Assembly (NCBI GenBank): GCA_947088415.1
Contig: CAMUGK010000001.1
Location: 1-36,404 of the forward strand
Length of the DNA: 36,404 nucleotides
Reading direction: 5' to 3'
Source of the DNA: an uncultured Bacillota bacterium
GTDB taxonomy: Bacteria > Bacillota > Clostridia > Christensenellales > UBA1242
In this document: piece by piece, positions 1 to 10,146 of the stretch
Numbering within the stretch: the first letter of the stretch is position 1
Layout: every line of letters begins with the position of its first letter
Program-made: the position numbers and the translations under genes
The notes under the pieces: generated by a model
What the model was told of the DNA's origin: nothing
Database searches by the model: none
Seen by the model: the letters and a program-made list of their open reading frames with translations, nothing else

Positions 1-1
1 C

Positions 2-493
2 GACTCTATTGAAAGTCCAAGAGGTGAAAGTTTTTTAAGTCTTTTTAATAAGTTAAAAGAAGGGGCTTATAAAGGCGATGTTGTTGCTCAAGATGTTGTT
101 GCATATTTTTATAGAGATGGTGCAGGAAGATATCTTGGCGAAGATTATTTAAAATATATGAAATGGGAAATTTTATCTGGTGCTAATGGAAATTGCTTTG
201 CAATTGACAAGCTTCAATTTTTTATGGGTTATGCCTATGACACAATTGTTGACCATGAAGACTTTGGGCTTATGAAATATAGATGCAAAATTGATGAGTA
301 TAACTATATTTTTGTTATCGGGCAAAAAATTTGTGAGCAACTTGTCAAAGAGCTTAATATTGATGAAAAAGAGTTATATGAAAGTCGTGACCAATTTTCA
401 CCTTACAGGCCAGAACATTTTAGAGACCTTAGAAGAGCGGTTGATAAAGCGCTTCCAACAGTTATCGAATATATGAAAAATAACAAAGATTAA
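2..493 (+). CDS. 3' part of a CDS running off the left edge (hypothetical protein with a Sel1/TPR-like motif)
   Basis: The frame of ORF 158..493 stays open back to nt 2, with no stop in 52 codons (DSIESPRGESFLSLFNKLKEGAYKGDVVAQDVVAYFYRDGAGRYLGEDYLKY-M...). The ATG at 158 is therefore probably internal. GDVVAQ..YFYRDGAG resembles a Sel1-like repeat. TAA stop at 491-493. Confidence 0.5.
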   Translation, partial: DSIESPRGESFLSLFNKLKEGAYKGDVVAQDVVAYFYRDGAGRYLGEDYLKYMKWEILSGANGNCFAIDKLQFFMGYAYDTIVDHEDFGLMKYRCKIDEYNYIFVIGQKICEQLVKELNIDEKELYESRDQFSPYRPEHFRDLRRAVDKALPTVIEYMKNNKD

Positions 494-506
494 TCTTTGT
501 TATTTT

Positions 507-962
507 TTAACTTATTAAACTGTTGCTTTTAAAAAGTTTGCTTAGAAACTTGCTTCGCTCTTTTAACATATCTAATATTTCTTTAGAAAAACTTGATTGG
601 CTTGCAAGAGCAATTAATTTGTTTGTCAACATAAACTCAATAGATAGTAGTTCCAGCAAAGTTTTTGTTTTGTTGCGAGAAAGAGTTTTGCTTTGAAAGT
701 TAATTTTTCTTTTATAAAATTTGGACAAGACTAAAATATGCTTTTCATTTAGACTATATAACGAACTTGTTCCTAAAAACCCGCCAAGTGCCATAAGGCA
801 ACTATTTGATTGCGACAAAAGTGAAAGCACGTCATTTAAAAATGAGTTTTCTAAACTTCTGTCTAAACTTATAAAAATAAAGCCTTTTTTAGATATCTCT
901 TTATTATAGGCTTCTTGCATTTCATCTAAATTTTGTGACGCTATTTTTTCATCATCGAACAT
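507..962 (-). CDS. hypothetical protein, 151 aa
   Basis: Uninterrupted ORF with an ATG start, convergent with the partial gene to its left. Only a weak purine-rich stretch precedes the ATG. No motif I can name. Confidence 0.45.
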   Translation of the reverse strand: MFDDEKIASQNLDEMQEAYNKEISKKGFIFISLDRSLENSFLNDVLSLLSQSNSCLMALGGFLGTSSLYSLNEKHILVLSKFYKRKINFQSKTLSRNKTKTLLELLSIEFMLTNKLIALASQSSFSKEILDMLKERSKFLSKLFKSNSLIS

Positions 963-1032
963 AATTTTACACCCTTACTAGTTTTTATGAAAATAAAAAA
1001 AATAGTGTTACAAATAAAAAACAATACCCTAA

Positions 1033-1428
1033 TTATTTAGGCATTGTTGGAATAGGTGCTGTAACCATTGGGCCAATTGGGCTGTGCATGGTGATATTTG
1101 CAATGATTGTTGCAATGTGTGTTGCAAGCACTTGCATAACTTGAGTAGTTTTAAAATATTCTTCTGGATTTTCGAGAGAGTTATAGGCAGTTGGGTTTAC
1201 CAAAACTTCCATTCCGATGGTGGCTTCAATTGAAAGAAGCACTTTAGGCTCTGGCTTAATGTTTCGAGTTAAGCAAACTTTGACAGCGTCAGAACGCAAT
1301 CTTTCAACCTTGATTTCGTCCCAGTTGCGCATATTGATTGTTGCATTGTTTGCTGGCATATCAAGTCTTAAATATTCCACCTTTTCTAAAATTGGTTTAA
1401 AGTTCATGTTTTTAATAATTTCTTGCAT
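1033..1428 (-). CDS. hypothetical protein, 131 aa (start moved inward)
   Basis: The track ORF starts at 1476. AAGGAG followed by 6 nt precedes the internal ATG at 1428 (MQEIIKNMNF...), so that is the likelier start. No recognisable domain. Confidence 0.5.
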   Translation of the reverse strand: MQEIIKNMNFKPILEKVEYLRLDMPANNATINMRNWDEIKVERLRSDAVKVCLTRNIKPEPKVLLSIEATIGMEVLVNPTAYNSLENPEEYFKTTQVMQVLATHIATIIANITMHSPIGPMVTAPIPTMPK

Positions 1429-1697
1429 TGTTTTCTCCTTGTGTAAATTTTGACAAATATAGATTTTTTTAATCATATTGCTTTTAATATATTATCATAA
1501 AAACAAAATTTTTACAATTAAATTTTAATTTTAAAAAAAGTTATTTACCAAAAATTAAAATTATCTTCAAAATAACGCCAAAATTTAGCAAATTTGATGA
1601 AAAATTTGCAAATTTTAAATAAAAACAAATTTTTTGATTGACCTTGGCTTTTAAATGAGTATAATTATCTTTTGACGGAACTATAAAAGGAAGAATT

Positions 1698-3029
1698 ATG
1701 GAAAGCGCAAAAGAACTTATTGAAAAATCAAAAATGTTTAAAAGAGGAGATATAATTGGTGTCGGTGTCAGTGGCGGAGAAGACTCAATGGCTTTGCTTC
1801 ACTTTTTATCACAACATGCAGAAGAATATGACATTGAAGTTGTTGCAATTCATGTCGACCATGGCATAAGAGAAAATAGTTATGAAGATGCCGACTTTGT
1901 CAAACAAAAAGCTAAAGATATGGGAGTTAGATTTTATAAATTTCGCATTGATGCACCAAAACTTGCTAAAGACAAAAATTTAAGCATTGAAACCGCTGCT
2001 CGAGATGGAAGATATGGAATTTTTGCTTCACTTATCAAAAAAGGTGTTGTTGATAAAATTGCACTTGCTCATCACACAACAGACCAAGCGGAAACTATTT
2101 TAATGCATATCTTTCGAGGCTCAGGCATTTCTGGTGCAAAAGGTATGGAAGTTGTTCGTGACAATATTTATGTTAGACCATTTCTTACAACCAGCAAAGC
2201 ACAAATTAAACAATATTGCATAGACAACCGAATTGACAATGTTGAAGACTATTCAAACAAAGATAATTCTTATAATCGCAACTTTGTTCGCAATGTGCTT
2301 ATGCCAGAAATCCAAAAACGTTGGCCTAACGCTGTAAACTCAATTGCAAATTTTGGGCAAGCCGTTGCCGAAGATGATGAATATATCAATAGCAATGTTT
2401 ACGCAGATGCAACAATGGTGCATGAAAAAGAAGTTAAAATTCCGCTTAGTTATTTTCTTTACCCAAATTCAATTGTTGCAAGAATTATTTTTAAGGCTGT
2501 AAAGGCTATTGGAATTTCGCAGGATGTTGAACGCAAACATATTTTGGCAATAAAAGAACTTGCAAACAAAGGTCAAAATGGTGCGAGAGTTTATTTACCT
2601 TTTGAAGCGATTGCAATAAAAGAATATGACTATTTGACTATTTACAACCGTCATGAAGAAGAATATACTTTAAATCAACCTTTCAAGTGCGGGGAATTCG
2701 ATGTTGAAGGCTTTGGCAAAGTTGTTGTAAGACGTGTAAAAGATTTCACCCCAAAAGAAAATGTTTTATATTTAGACTATCGTCTTGTTCCAAAAACTGC
2801 CACTTGGCGCTTTAGGCAAGACGGCGATGTTTTCACAAAATTTGGTGGCGGAAGCAAAAAACTTAAAAGTTATCTTATAGACAAGAAAGTTCCACAACGC
2901 CTTCGCAACCTTTTGCCTGTGCTTGCAGATGACAATGAAGTTTATGCAATTGCAGGCATTGAAATCTCAGATAAAGTTAAAGTAGGAGATGTCCCAACTG
3001 CTTTCATGATTGAAGTTATAAAAAAGTAG
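1698..3029 (+). CDS. tilS: tRNA(Ile)-lysidine synthase
   Basis: N-terminal PP-loop motif GVSGGEDSMALLHFL (SGGxDS). 443 aa with the typical TilS length and C-terminal domain. SD-like AAAGGAAG lies before the ATG. Confidence 0.9.
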   Translation: MESAKELIEKSKMFKRGDIIGVGVSGGEDSMALLHFLSQHAEEYDIEVVAIHVDHGIRENSYEDADFVKQKAKDMGVRFYKFRIDAPKLAKDKNLSIETAARDGRYGIFASLIKKGVVDKIALAHHTTDQAETILMHIFRGSGISGAKGMEVVRDNIYVRPFLTTSKAQIKQYCIDNRIDNVEDYSNKDNSYNRNFVRNVLMPEIQKRWPNAVNSIANFGQAVAEDDEYINSNVYADATMVHEKEVKIPLSYFLYPNSIVARIIFKAVKAIGISQDVERKHILAIKELANKGQNGARVYLPFEAIAIKEYDYLTIYNRHEEEYTLNQPFKCGEFDVEGFGKVVVRRVKDFTPKENVLYLDYRLVPKTATWRFRQDGDVFTKFGGGSKKLKSYLIDKKVPQRLRNLLPVLADDNEVYAIAGIEISDKVKVGDVPTAFMIEVIKK

Positions 3030-3114
3030 GCAAAAAATGCCTACTTTTCTAAATTTTTGACAAAATATCTTAAAATTCTTATGAAATTTAAAATTTTTGT
3101 GCTATAATGCCGAT

Positions 3115-4188
3115 ATGAAAACTAATGAATTTGCTAAAAAGCTTGACGTTCGAAGTCAATATAGAAAAAATCAAAAGTTTAGATTTATTTGCGAAATTTT
3201 AGGTGTTGCACTTGGTGCAATCATTTGTGGTATGGCATATCCCACATTTTGTTCGCCTGCAAATATTATTCCGAGTGGACTTACAGGTCTTGCAGTTATT
3301 ATTGCAGAAGCACTAGGTATTGGACAATTTTATTCAATAGTTTATTTGGTGATTAATGTTGTCTTATTTCTTATTGCGCTCAAATTGTTTGGCTGGAAGT
3401 TTATTGTTTTTACGCTAGTGGGGATAGGGGCATATACTTTAGCCATTGAGTTTTTTGCTATTCCAGGAATTGCGAATGTTAATCCTGAAGAAGTTATGAC
3501 AAGTTACAGACTTTTATACTGTCTTATTGGTGGCGGAATTGCTGGCGTTGGTCAAGGCATTGCCTTCCGTTTAGGTGGGTCAACAGGTGGGTCTGACATT
3601 GCAGCAAAAATTATTAACAAGTTTTTTCCAAGAATAAAAACTGGAATTGCAGTTTTAATTATCAATTTTATTGTTGTTGTCACTACCATTCTTTACACTT
3701 CAAGTTGGATTGCAGGATTGTATGCAGTAATCTTTTCAGTTATCAGCACAATAACTTGTGACATGGTTCTTGATGGTGCAAAATCTGTTCGTGCTTTCTA
3801 TATTATTTGCGACAAAGATGATGAAGTTGCTCATGCCATTTTAGCTCGTTTCCATAGAGGTGTGACAGTTATGCCAGCACAAGGAAAGTTTTCTGGCAAA
3901 GACAAGAAAATGCTTTTATGTCTTATTGCAAACACTCAGGCAAGAGAGATGAAAGAAATTGTTAAAAATATTGACAGAAATGCATTTGTATTCTCAACAG
4001 CGGTTAGCGAAACATTGGGCGACGGATATTTTATGAAAGAAGCATCTGTCCGAAAAAGTAAAATAAAAGAAAGTCAAAACCTTCTTAAACAAAAAGAGAA
4101 ACTTCAAAGATTAAAAACTAGACCAAAACAAAGTTTTGGCAAAAAATTTAAAGTGAGCAATAAAACATTGCAAATTGAAAAGGAATAA
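3115..4188 (+). CDS. YitT-family membrane protein (DUF2179 C-terminal domain)
   Basis: Multiple hydrophobic helices are followed by a soluble C-terminal domain (VTVMPAQGKFSGKDKKMLLCLI..EMKEIVKNIDRNAFVFSTAVSETLGDGY). The TTG start at 3097 in the track lies inside the promoter TGCTATAAT (3100-3108). The ATG at 3115 is 6 nt after the -10 box. Confidence 0.8.
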   Translation: MKTNEFAKKLDVRSQYRKNQKFRFICEILGVALGAIICGMAYPTFCSPANIIPSGLTGLAVIIAEALGIGQFYSIVYLVINVVLFLIALKLFGWKFIVFTLVGIGAYTLAIEFFAIPGIANVNPEEVMTSYRLLYCLIGGGIAGVGQGIAFRLGGSTGGSDIAAKIINKFFPRIKTGIAVLIINFIVVVTTILYTSSWIAGLYAVIFSVISTITCDMVLDGAKSVRAFYIICDKDDEVAHAILARFHRGVTVMPAQGKFSGKDKKMLLCLIANTQAREMKEIVKNIDRNAFVFSTAVSETLGDGYFMKEASVRKSKIKESQNLLKQKEKLQRLKTRPKQSFGKKFKVSNKTLQIEKE

Positions 4189-4204
4189 AAAATTACATAA
4201 TGAT

Positions 4205-4236
4205 AAAAAAACACCAGAATTTCTGGTGTTTTTTTT
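4205..4236. terminator. bidirectional rho-independent terminator
   Basis: Stem ACACCAGAA (4211-4219) pairs with TTCTGGTGT (4221-4229). It is flanked by an A-run and a T-run and lies between convergent genes. Confidence 0.8.
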
Positions 4237-4813
4237 AAAAGCTAACTTTCACGTTTTTGCGAACCTCTTTATCTTCAACCTGATACAATTCTCTTCTTTC
4301 AAATTTAAACCAATTTGCCACAATACTTGAAGGAAAGGTTTGTTGTCGATTTGTATATTCTTGAACAACTGCATTGTAATATTTTCTTGAATTCATAATT
4401 TCGTCTTCAATTCGGCTAAGTTCACTCATAAGTTTTGCAAAGTTTTTGTCGGCTTTAAGGTCGGGATAATTTTCGCTAACTTTAAAAAGGGATTTTAATG
4501 TGCTAGACAAGCCGTTTTCATTTTTAAATTTTTCTTTTCCGCCTTGGGCGTTCATTGCTGCATATCTTGCCTTCATAACATTTTCCAAAGTTTCTTTTTC
4601 ATGTTTTGCATAGCCTTTTACAGTTTCAACTAAGTTTGGAATAAGGTCATATCTCTTATTTAGATATACGTCCATGTTTGAAAACGCTTCGTCAACAGCA
4701 TTTCTTTTTCTTATAAGACTGTTGTAAACGGCAATCAACCAAATTACAAAAATAATTCCAAGGAAAACAATGCCGCCAGCAATTGAAAGACCAATAATAA
4801 GTCCAGTATCCAT
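4235..4813 (-). CDS. lemA: LemA family protein
   Basis: An N-terminal TM helix is followed by the LemA signature region YNSLIRKRNAVDEAFSNMDVYLNKRYDLIPNLVETVKGYAKHEKETL. 192 aa. Confidence 0.85.
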   Translation of the reverse strand: MDTGLIIGLSIAGGIVFLGIIFVIWLIAVYNSLIRKRNAVDEAFSNMDVYLNKRYDLIPNLVETVKGYAKHEKETLENVMKARYAAMNAQGGKEKFKNENGLSSTLKSLFKVSENYPDLKADKNFAKLMSELSRIEDEIMNSRKYYNAVVQEYTNRQQTFPSSIVANWFKFERRELYQVEDKEVRKNVKVSF

Positions 4814-4941
4814 AAATCCTCCTTAAATATATTATATCAGATTTTTAGATAAAAGACAACAGTTTTAAACTGTTTTCAAATATTTTTGTTTTTTTGTTTA
4901 AATTTGTGGTGTTTAGACCAAAATCGCTTTGGAGGTATTAA

Positions 4942-6186
4942 ATGAACTTTAACCCATTTAACGAAAAACCTAAGAAAATGGAAAGTGTAATTATGAATTG
5001 GAAGACTCTTTCCCCAAAACCTTATGATAAAAACCAAGTTGACCCTTACACTCGTGTTCGATGTATACTTATGAATGGAACAGAGTATGAAGCAGTTTGG
5101 AGCAAGCATCATTTTAATCGTCATGCTTGCAACAATGATGTTAGACGTGAAGTCGCACTTGTTAGACGCAGTGAACAGCAACAACAAAAACTCATTTCAG
5201 CACTTAAACCTATAGATGAAAATCTGCTTGAAACAACAATTGGTTATGAACAACTTGCCGTCGACCTTACTGCTATTTTGGCTCAGCGTGCCAAAGATAA
5301 ACATGTTAAAGAAGCACTCAACTTTGCACTCTTAGAAGATTTTGACCATTTATACCGATACGCTAATTTATTAGAGACCGATATGGGAGAGCATGCCGAA
5401 AAATATGTTGGTGATTACACCGAAATTATGCCAGGGCGACCAACAATTTCTCATCATAGACATCCTTATGATAGCATAAAAAATCCAATTTCAAATCATA
5501 AAGCCGACCCGATAACTAAATGTGACGTTATGATTATAACCGCTGCCGAACAACAAACTATGAATTATTATATGAATCTTGGGGCTTTTTACAAAAATGC
5601 CAAAGGCAGAGAGCTTTACACTGAAATTGGCATGGTGGAAGAACAACATGTTTCTCAATATGGTTCATTAATAGACCCTAATGCGTCAATGTGCGAAGAT
5701 ATGCTTATGCACGAGTATGTTGAATGTTATTTATATTTCTCAATGCTTAATGATGAAACGGATAAAAATATCAAAAAGATTTGGGAAATGTTGTTTGAGC
5801 AAGAACTAGCACATCTTCATCAAGCAGTCAAAATGCTTAGAACTTATGAAAAGAAAGATTGGAGTGATGTAATTCCAAATGGCGAATTTCCAGAACTAAT
5901 TTCTTTCCATAACAACAAAGAATATGTGCGAAGTGTTTTAGGCAGAACGGTCAGTTTAACTGCCGACAGAGAAAGTTATATAGATATTTCAAAAGTGCCA
6001 GATACTGCAAACTTTTTTAAATATCAAAATAAAGTTAATGCTAAACCAGAAGAGGAAGCAGGGCATAAAGTTATTGTTGACCATATCAAACGCTTTGGCG
6101 AAGATTATCGTGTTCAAGATAAAGAACATCCTGTTAAATCGCTACGCAGTCGCCAAGAAGATAATATAGCACTTGGACGATGCTAA
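4942..6186 (+). CDS. ferritin-like (di-iron four-helix-bundle type) domain protein
   Basis: GGAGG SD lies before the ATG. Repeated carboxylate/His ligand motifs are spaced as in ferritin-like/rubrerythrin folds (LEDFDH, VEEQH, EQELAH). 414 aa. The specific function is not assignable. Confidence 0.55.
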   Translation: MNFNPFNEKPKKMESVIMNWKTLSPKPYDKNQVDPYTRVRCILMNGTEYEAVWSKHHFNRHACNNDVRREVALVRRSEQQQQKLISALKPIDENLLETTIGYEQLAVDLTAILAQRAKDKHVKEALNFALLEDFDHLYRYANLLETDMGEHAEKYVGDYTEIMPGRPTISHHRHPYDSIKNPISNHKADPITKCDVMIITAAEQQTMNYYMNLGAFYKNAKGRELYTEIGMVEEQHVSQYGSLIDPNASMCEDMLMHEYVECYLYFSMLNDETDKNIKKIWEMLFEQELAHLHQAVKMLRTYEKKDWSDVIPNGEFPELISFHNNKEYVRSVLGRTVSLTADRESYIDISKVPDTANFFKYQNKVNAKPEEEAGHKVIVDHIKRFGEDYRVQDKEHPVKSLRSRQEDNIALGRC

Positions 6187-6215
6187 AAGTAAATCCCTTT
6201 TCTTTTAATAAAGAT

Positions 6216-6256
6216 AAAAAAGCCTTTTTGTAAAAATTTAAAACAAAAAGGCTTTT
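6216..6256. terminator. bidirectional terminator hairpin
   Basis: AAAAAGCCTTTTT ... AAAAAGGCTTTT inverted repeat between convergent genes. Confidence 0.7.
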
Positions 6257-6294
6257 ATATTACATTTAATTATGTCGGTAAAAAACAATAATTA

Positions 6295-6534
6295 TTAATC
6301 GCAATAATCATCACTTTCATAATCATCATCTTCTTCGTCAACATCATTGTCATTTATAAAAAGATGTGAAAAATCAGAATTGTTATGTTCAAGATCAGAA
6401 AATATAAAATTCTCTTCCCTGCCTTTATTATGGTCTAAATCAGTGGTAAATGATTTTAAAACTTCCTCTGATATGTTTTCAAGTCCTGCCTGACTTAATT
6501 TGTAGGCTTCCATTGTTTTTAACATTGCTTCCAT
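6295..6534 (-). CDS. small acidic hypothetical protein, 79 aa
   Basis: ORF with an ATG start and a very acidic C-terminus (DNDVDEEDDDYESDDYCD). A terminator lies downstream. No known motif. Confidence 0.4.
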   Translation of the reverse strand: MEAMLKTMEAYKLSQAGLENISEEVLKSFTTDLDHNKGREENFIFSDLEHNNSDFSHLFINDNDVDEEDDDYESDDYCD

Positions 6535-6636
6535 AATTTCATCCTATATGTATATTATAATACCACATTTTTTTTGAAAAGTCAATGGAGATTCTTAATT
6601 TGTCTCAAATAATTTAAATACCGAATAAAAGATAAT

Positions 6637-7116
6637 ATGATAAAAGAATATAACAGAATTAAAGCAATAGAATATGCAAGAAAATATGCCTTGTCTCCAA
6701 ATCCGAATTTTTACCATTTTGGCGGAATAGGTGGCGACTGCACAAATTTTATATCACAATGCTTGTTTGCTGGTGGCGGGCAGATGAACTTTGACAAAAA
6801 TTATGGTTGGTATTATCTCAATGTTAATGACCGAAGCCCAAGTTGGACGAGTGTAGCCTATCTTCAAAGGTTTTTATTGCGAGAGAATGGCATTGGCCCG
6901 TTTGCAAGAATATCATCAATAGAAAGCTTGGAAGAAGGCGATATAATTCAACTTAGACAAAACCCAACACATTTTAATCATACGGTTATTATTACGCGAA
7001 AGGTGGGCAATGAAATTTATGTTTGCGCACACTCTAATGACGCTTTAGATAAATCGCTTGCAAGTTATTCATATATTCAACCATTAGGGCTTCATATTTT
7101 AGGAATTAAAAAATAA
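6637..7116 (+). CDS. putative amidase-domain (Amidase_6 / NlpC-P60-like) protein
   Basis: YNRIKAIEYARKYAL...GGDCTNFISQCLFAGG (catalytic-Cys context) plus a downstream THFNHTVII His motif. 159 aa. Confidence 0.65.
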   Translation: MIKEYNRIKAIEYARKYALSPNPNFYHFGGIGGDCTNFISQCLFAGGGQMNFDKNYGWYYLNVNDRSPSWTSVAYLQRFLLRENGIGPFARISSIESLEEGDIIQLRQNPTHFNHTVIITRKVGNEIYVCAHSNDALDKSLASYSYIQPLGLHILGIKK

Positions 7117-7175
7117 AAGACAAGTTTAACAAAAGACTTGCTTTTTTATTAAATAATAGAGTATAATGCAAACAT

Positions 7176-7258
7176 GCGGATATGGCGGAACTGGCAGACG
7201 CGCTGGATTTAGGTTCCAGTGGGAAACCGTGCAGGTTCAAATCCTGTTATCCGCACCA
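7176..7258 (+). tRNA. tRNA-Leu (anticodon UAG), CCA encoded
   Basis: Hand-folded cloverleaf. Acceptor stem GCGGATA pairs with TATCCGC. The anticodon arm is CTGGA-TTTAGGT-TCCAG. A long variable arm is present. The T arm is GCAGG-TTCAAAT-CCTGT, and the 3' end is ACCA. TATAAT at 7162-7167. Confidence 0.9.
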
Positions 7259-7262
7259 AATT

Positions 7263-7301
7263 GCTATACTCCTTTAAAATAAAGGGGTATAGCGATTTTT
7301 T
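7263..7301. terminator. hairpin terminator, member of the CGCTATA...TATAGCGATTTTTT repeat family
   Basis: GCTATACTCCTT-loop-AAGGGGTATAGC forms a 12 bp stem followed by T6. Related copies lie at 15524-15567 and 15601-15646. Confidence 0.75.
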
Positions 7302-7373
7302 GACGCAATTAAAATTTAATGATTAGCCTTTAAAATCATAAATTTGGCATAAAAAGTTGTGTCAAAAGTTGTG

Positions 7374-7553
7374 TCAGATTAAGTTATATAAATTATTATA
7401 TAATTTAAGTATTTTTTCTTCGCTTAAATGATAGTCAATTTTGATGTAATTTTCTTTAGTTATTTCACTTGTTGAGTGCCCCATTTCTCTAGAAATAATT
7501 AAAGGGTCTTTACCTAAATAAAATCAATTAGTGGCAAAAGTATGTCTCCATGA
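7374..7553 (-). pseudogene. C-terminal remnant of a tyrosine recombinase (phage/ICE integrase)
   Basis: The minus-strand translation is SWRHTFATN*FYLGKDPLIISREMGHSTSEITKENYIKIDYHLSEEKILKLYNNLYNLI*. It carries the box II pattern (RHTFAT ... GHS ... Y). There is an in-frame TGA at 7524-7526, and stop codons lie directly upstream. It sits about 115 nt from tRNA-Leu. Confidence 0.6.
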
Positions 7554-7652
7554 AATTATACTTCTTTTTATTTTTGAAATATATAATTATTATTTTGACT
7601 TTTGTTTGACTTTTTGTTATGATAAACTTAAAGAATTCTTAGGAGGTAAATT

Positions 7653-8604
7653 ATGGATAAACAAAAAGAAACTATTGATATTTTGATACCATGTTATAAT
7701 GCAGAATGTTATATAAAAACTTGTCTTGACAGCATTCTAAACCAATCTTACAAAAATTTAAGAATTGTTATTGTAAATGATGGTTCAATAGATTCAAGTG
7801 AAAGTATTATTAAAAGTTATCAAGAAAAAAATCCACAGATTGAATTATATTATAAAGAAAATGAAAAAAACATTTCAAAAACTAGAAACTTTCTATTAAA
7901 TAAAATAAAATCTAAATATTTTACCTTTTTTGATATAGACGATTATGCCGAGCCAACTTATATAGAAGAATTGTATAGTTTAATAAAAAATTACGATGTA
8001 GACATGTCTTTATGTGCAGTGTCTAAACATAAGGCGGGGGGGTACCAATCTTGAAAGCAAAAATAAAAAAATCAATGACATAAAGTTTTTCAACCAACAA
8101 GAATGCTTATGTGAAATGTTTTCTTACAAACTTTTTAAAGGTACAGTTTATGCAAAATTAATGAAAACAGAAACATTAAAAGACTCGTTATTTGATTGTA
8201 ATATTCACTATGGAGAAGATTTGGATTTTTGTTTTAAAATCATGAAAAACTGCAAAAAATTTGTTTTCACACCTAAAAAATTATATCATTATTTGATTAG
8301 AAACAATAGTATAGTTACCAGTAAATTTAAGCCGACAAAATTATTGCTTCTTGATTGTTATGAAAAATTACTAGATGAAACGTCTTATAACGAAGAAATT
8401 AATACCTGTGTAAAATCAATGAAAGGATTAATATCTATCGAAATTTTATTTTATATTTGGCGAGATAAATATAAAGATAAGAAATTAAAGAAAAAACTTA
8501 AAAATGATATTAAAAACAACATTCCTTTCATAAAACAAAATAAAAGATTACAACCTCTTTATAAATGCACGCCTATAATATGGTGGCTTACAAAACTGAT
8601 GTAA
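7653..8604 (+). pseudogene. family 2 glycosyltransferase, split by a frameshift in a G7 tract
   Basis: The N-terminal half (7653..8054) has the GT2 signature ILIPCYNAECYIKTCLDSILNQSY..VIVNDGS..FFDIDD. The C-terminal half continues in the +1 frame (8014..8604). Removing one G from G7 (8036-8042) gives a continuous 316 aa ORF (...SKHKAGGTNLESKNKK...). Confidence 0.8.
8036..8042 (+). repeat. poly-G (G7) homopolymer tract inside the GT2 gene
   Basis: GGGGGGG in a roughly one-third-GC sequence, located exactly at the frame switch. Confidence 0.9.
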
Positions 8605-8715
8605 AAAATATCTTAAATAGTGCAGATATTGATTAATTCAATTTAAATTTTAGATTTAGAAATTAGTATAAATGCGGACAAATTCAAATTTTGTCCTCAA
8701 CAAATAGTAATAACA

Positions 8716-8748
8716 AAAGAGAGAAGAATATCTTCTCTCTTTTATTTT
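8716..8748 (+). terminator. rho-independent terminator after the GT2 gene
   Basis: AGAGAGAAG-AATAT-CTTCTCTCT stem-loop followed by a T-rich run. Confidence 0.7.
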
Positions 8749-8803
8749 GAGTTCTTTTCTTTTTGTGATATATTTAAAAGTATGATTATGCCGATGACTT
8801 TAA

Positions 8804-10084
<1,281 letters not shown>

Positions 10085-10099
10085 TATAAATAAGTAATT

Positions 10100-10129
10100 A
10101 AAAAATCATGGTTAAAACCATGGTTTTTT
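10100..10129. terminator. bidirectional terminator
   Basis: CATGGTT-AAA-AACCATG hairpin flanked by A and T runs, between convergent purA and the antiporter gene. Confidence 0.7.
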
Positions 10130-10146
10130 AATATTTAGAAAGTTTT

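Noticed and set aside
4876-5187. 103 aa minus-strand ORF overlapping the start of the ferritin-like gene
   Set aside because: It overlaps the SD and start of a better-supported gene, has no SD of its own, and has a hydrophobic low-complexity product.
7524-7526. The host using genetic code 4 (TGA=Trp)
   Set aside because: Conserved Trp positions in purA, uvrA, the aaRS genes and others are TGG. All housekeeping genes are full length under code 11, and TGA ends at least two ORFs. The TGA is considered only as a possible trace of a foreign element.
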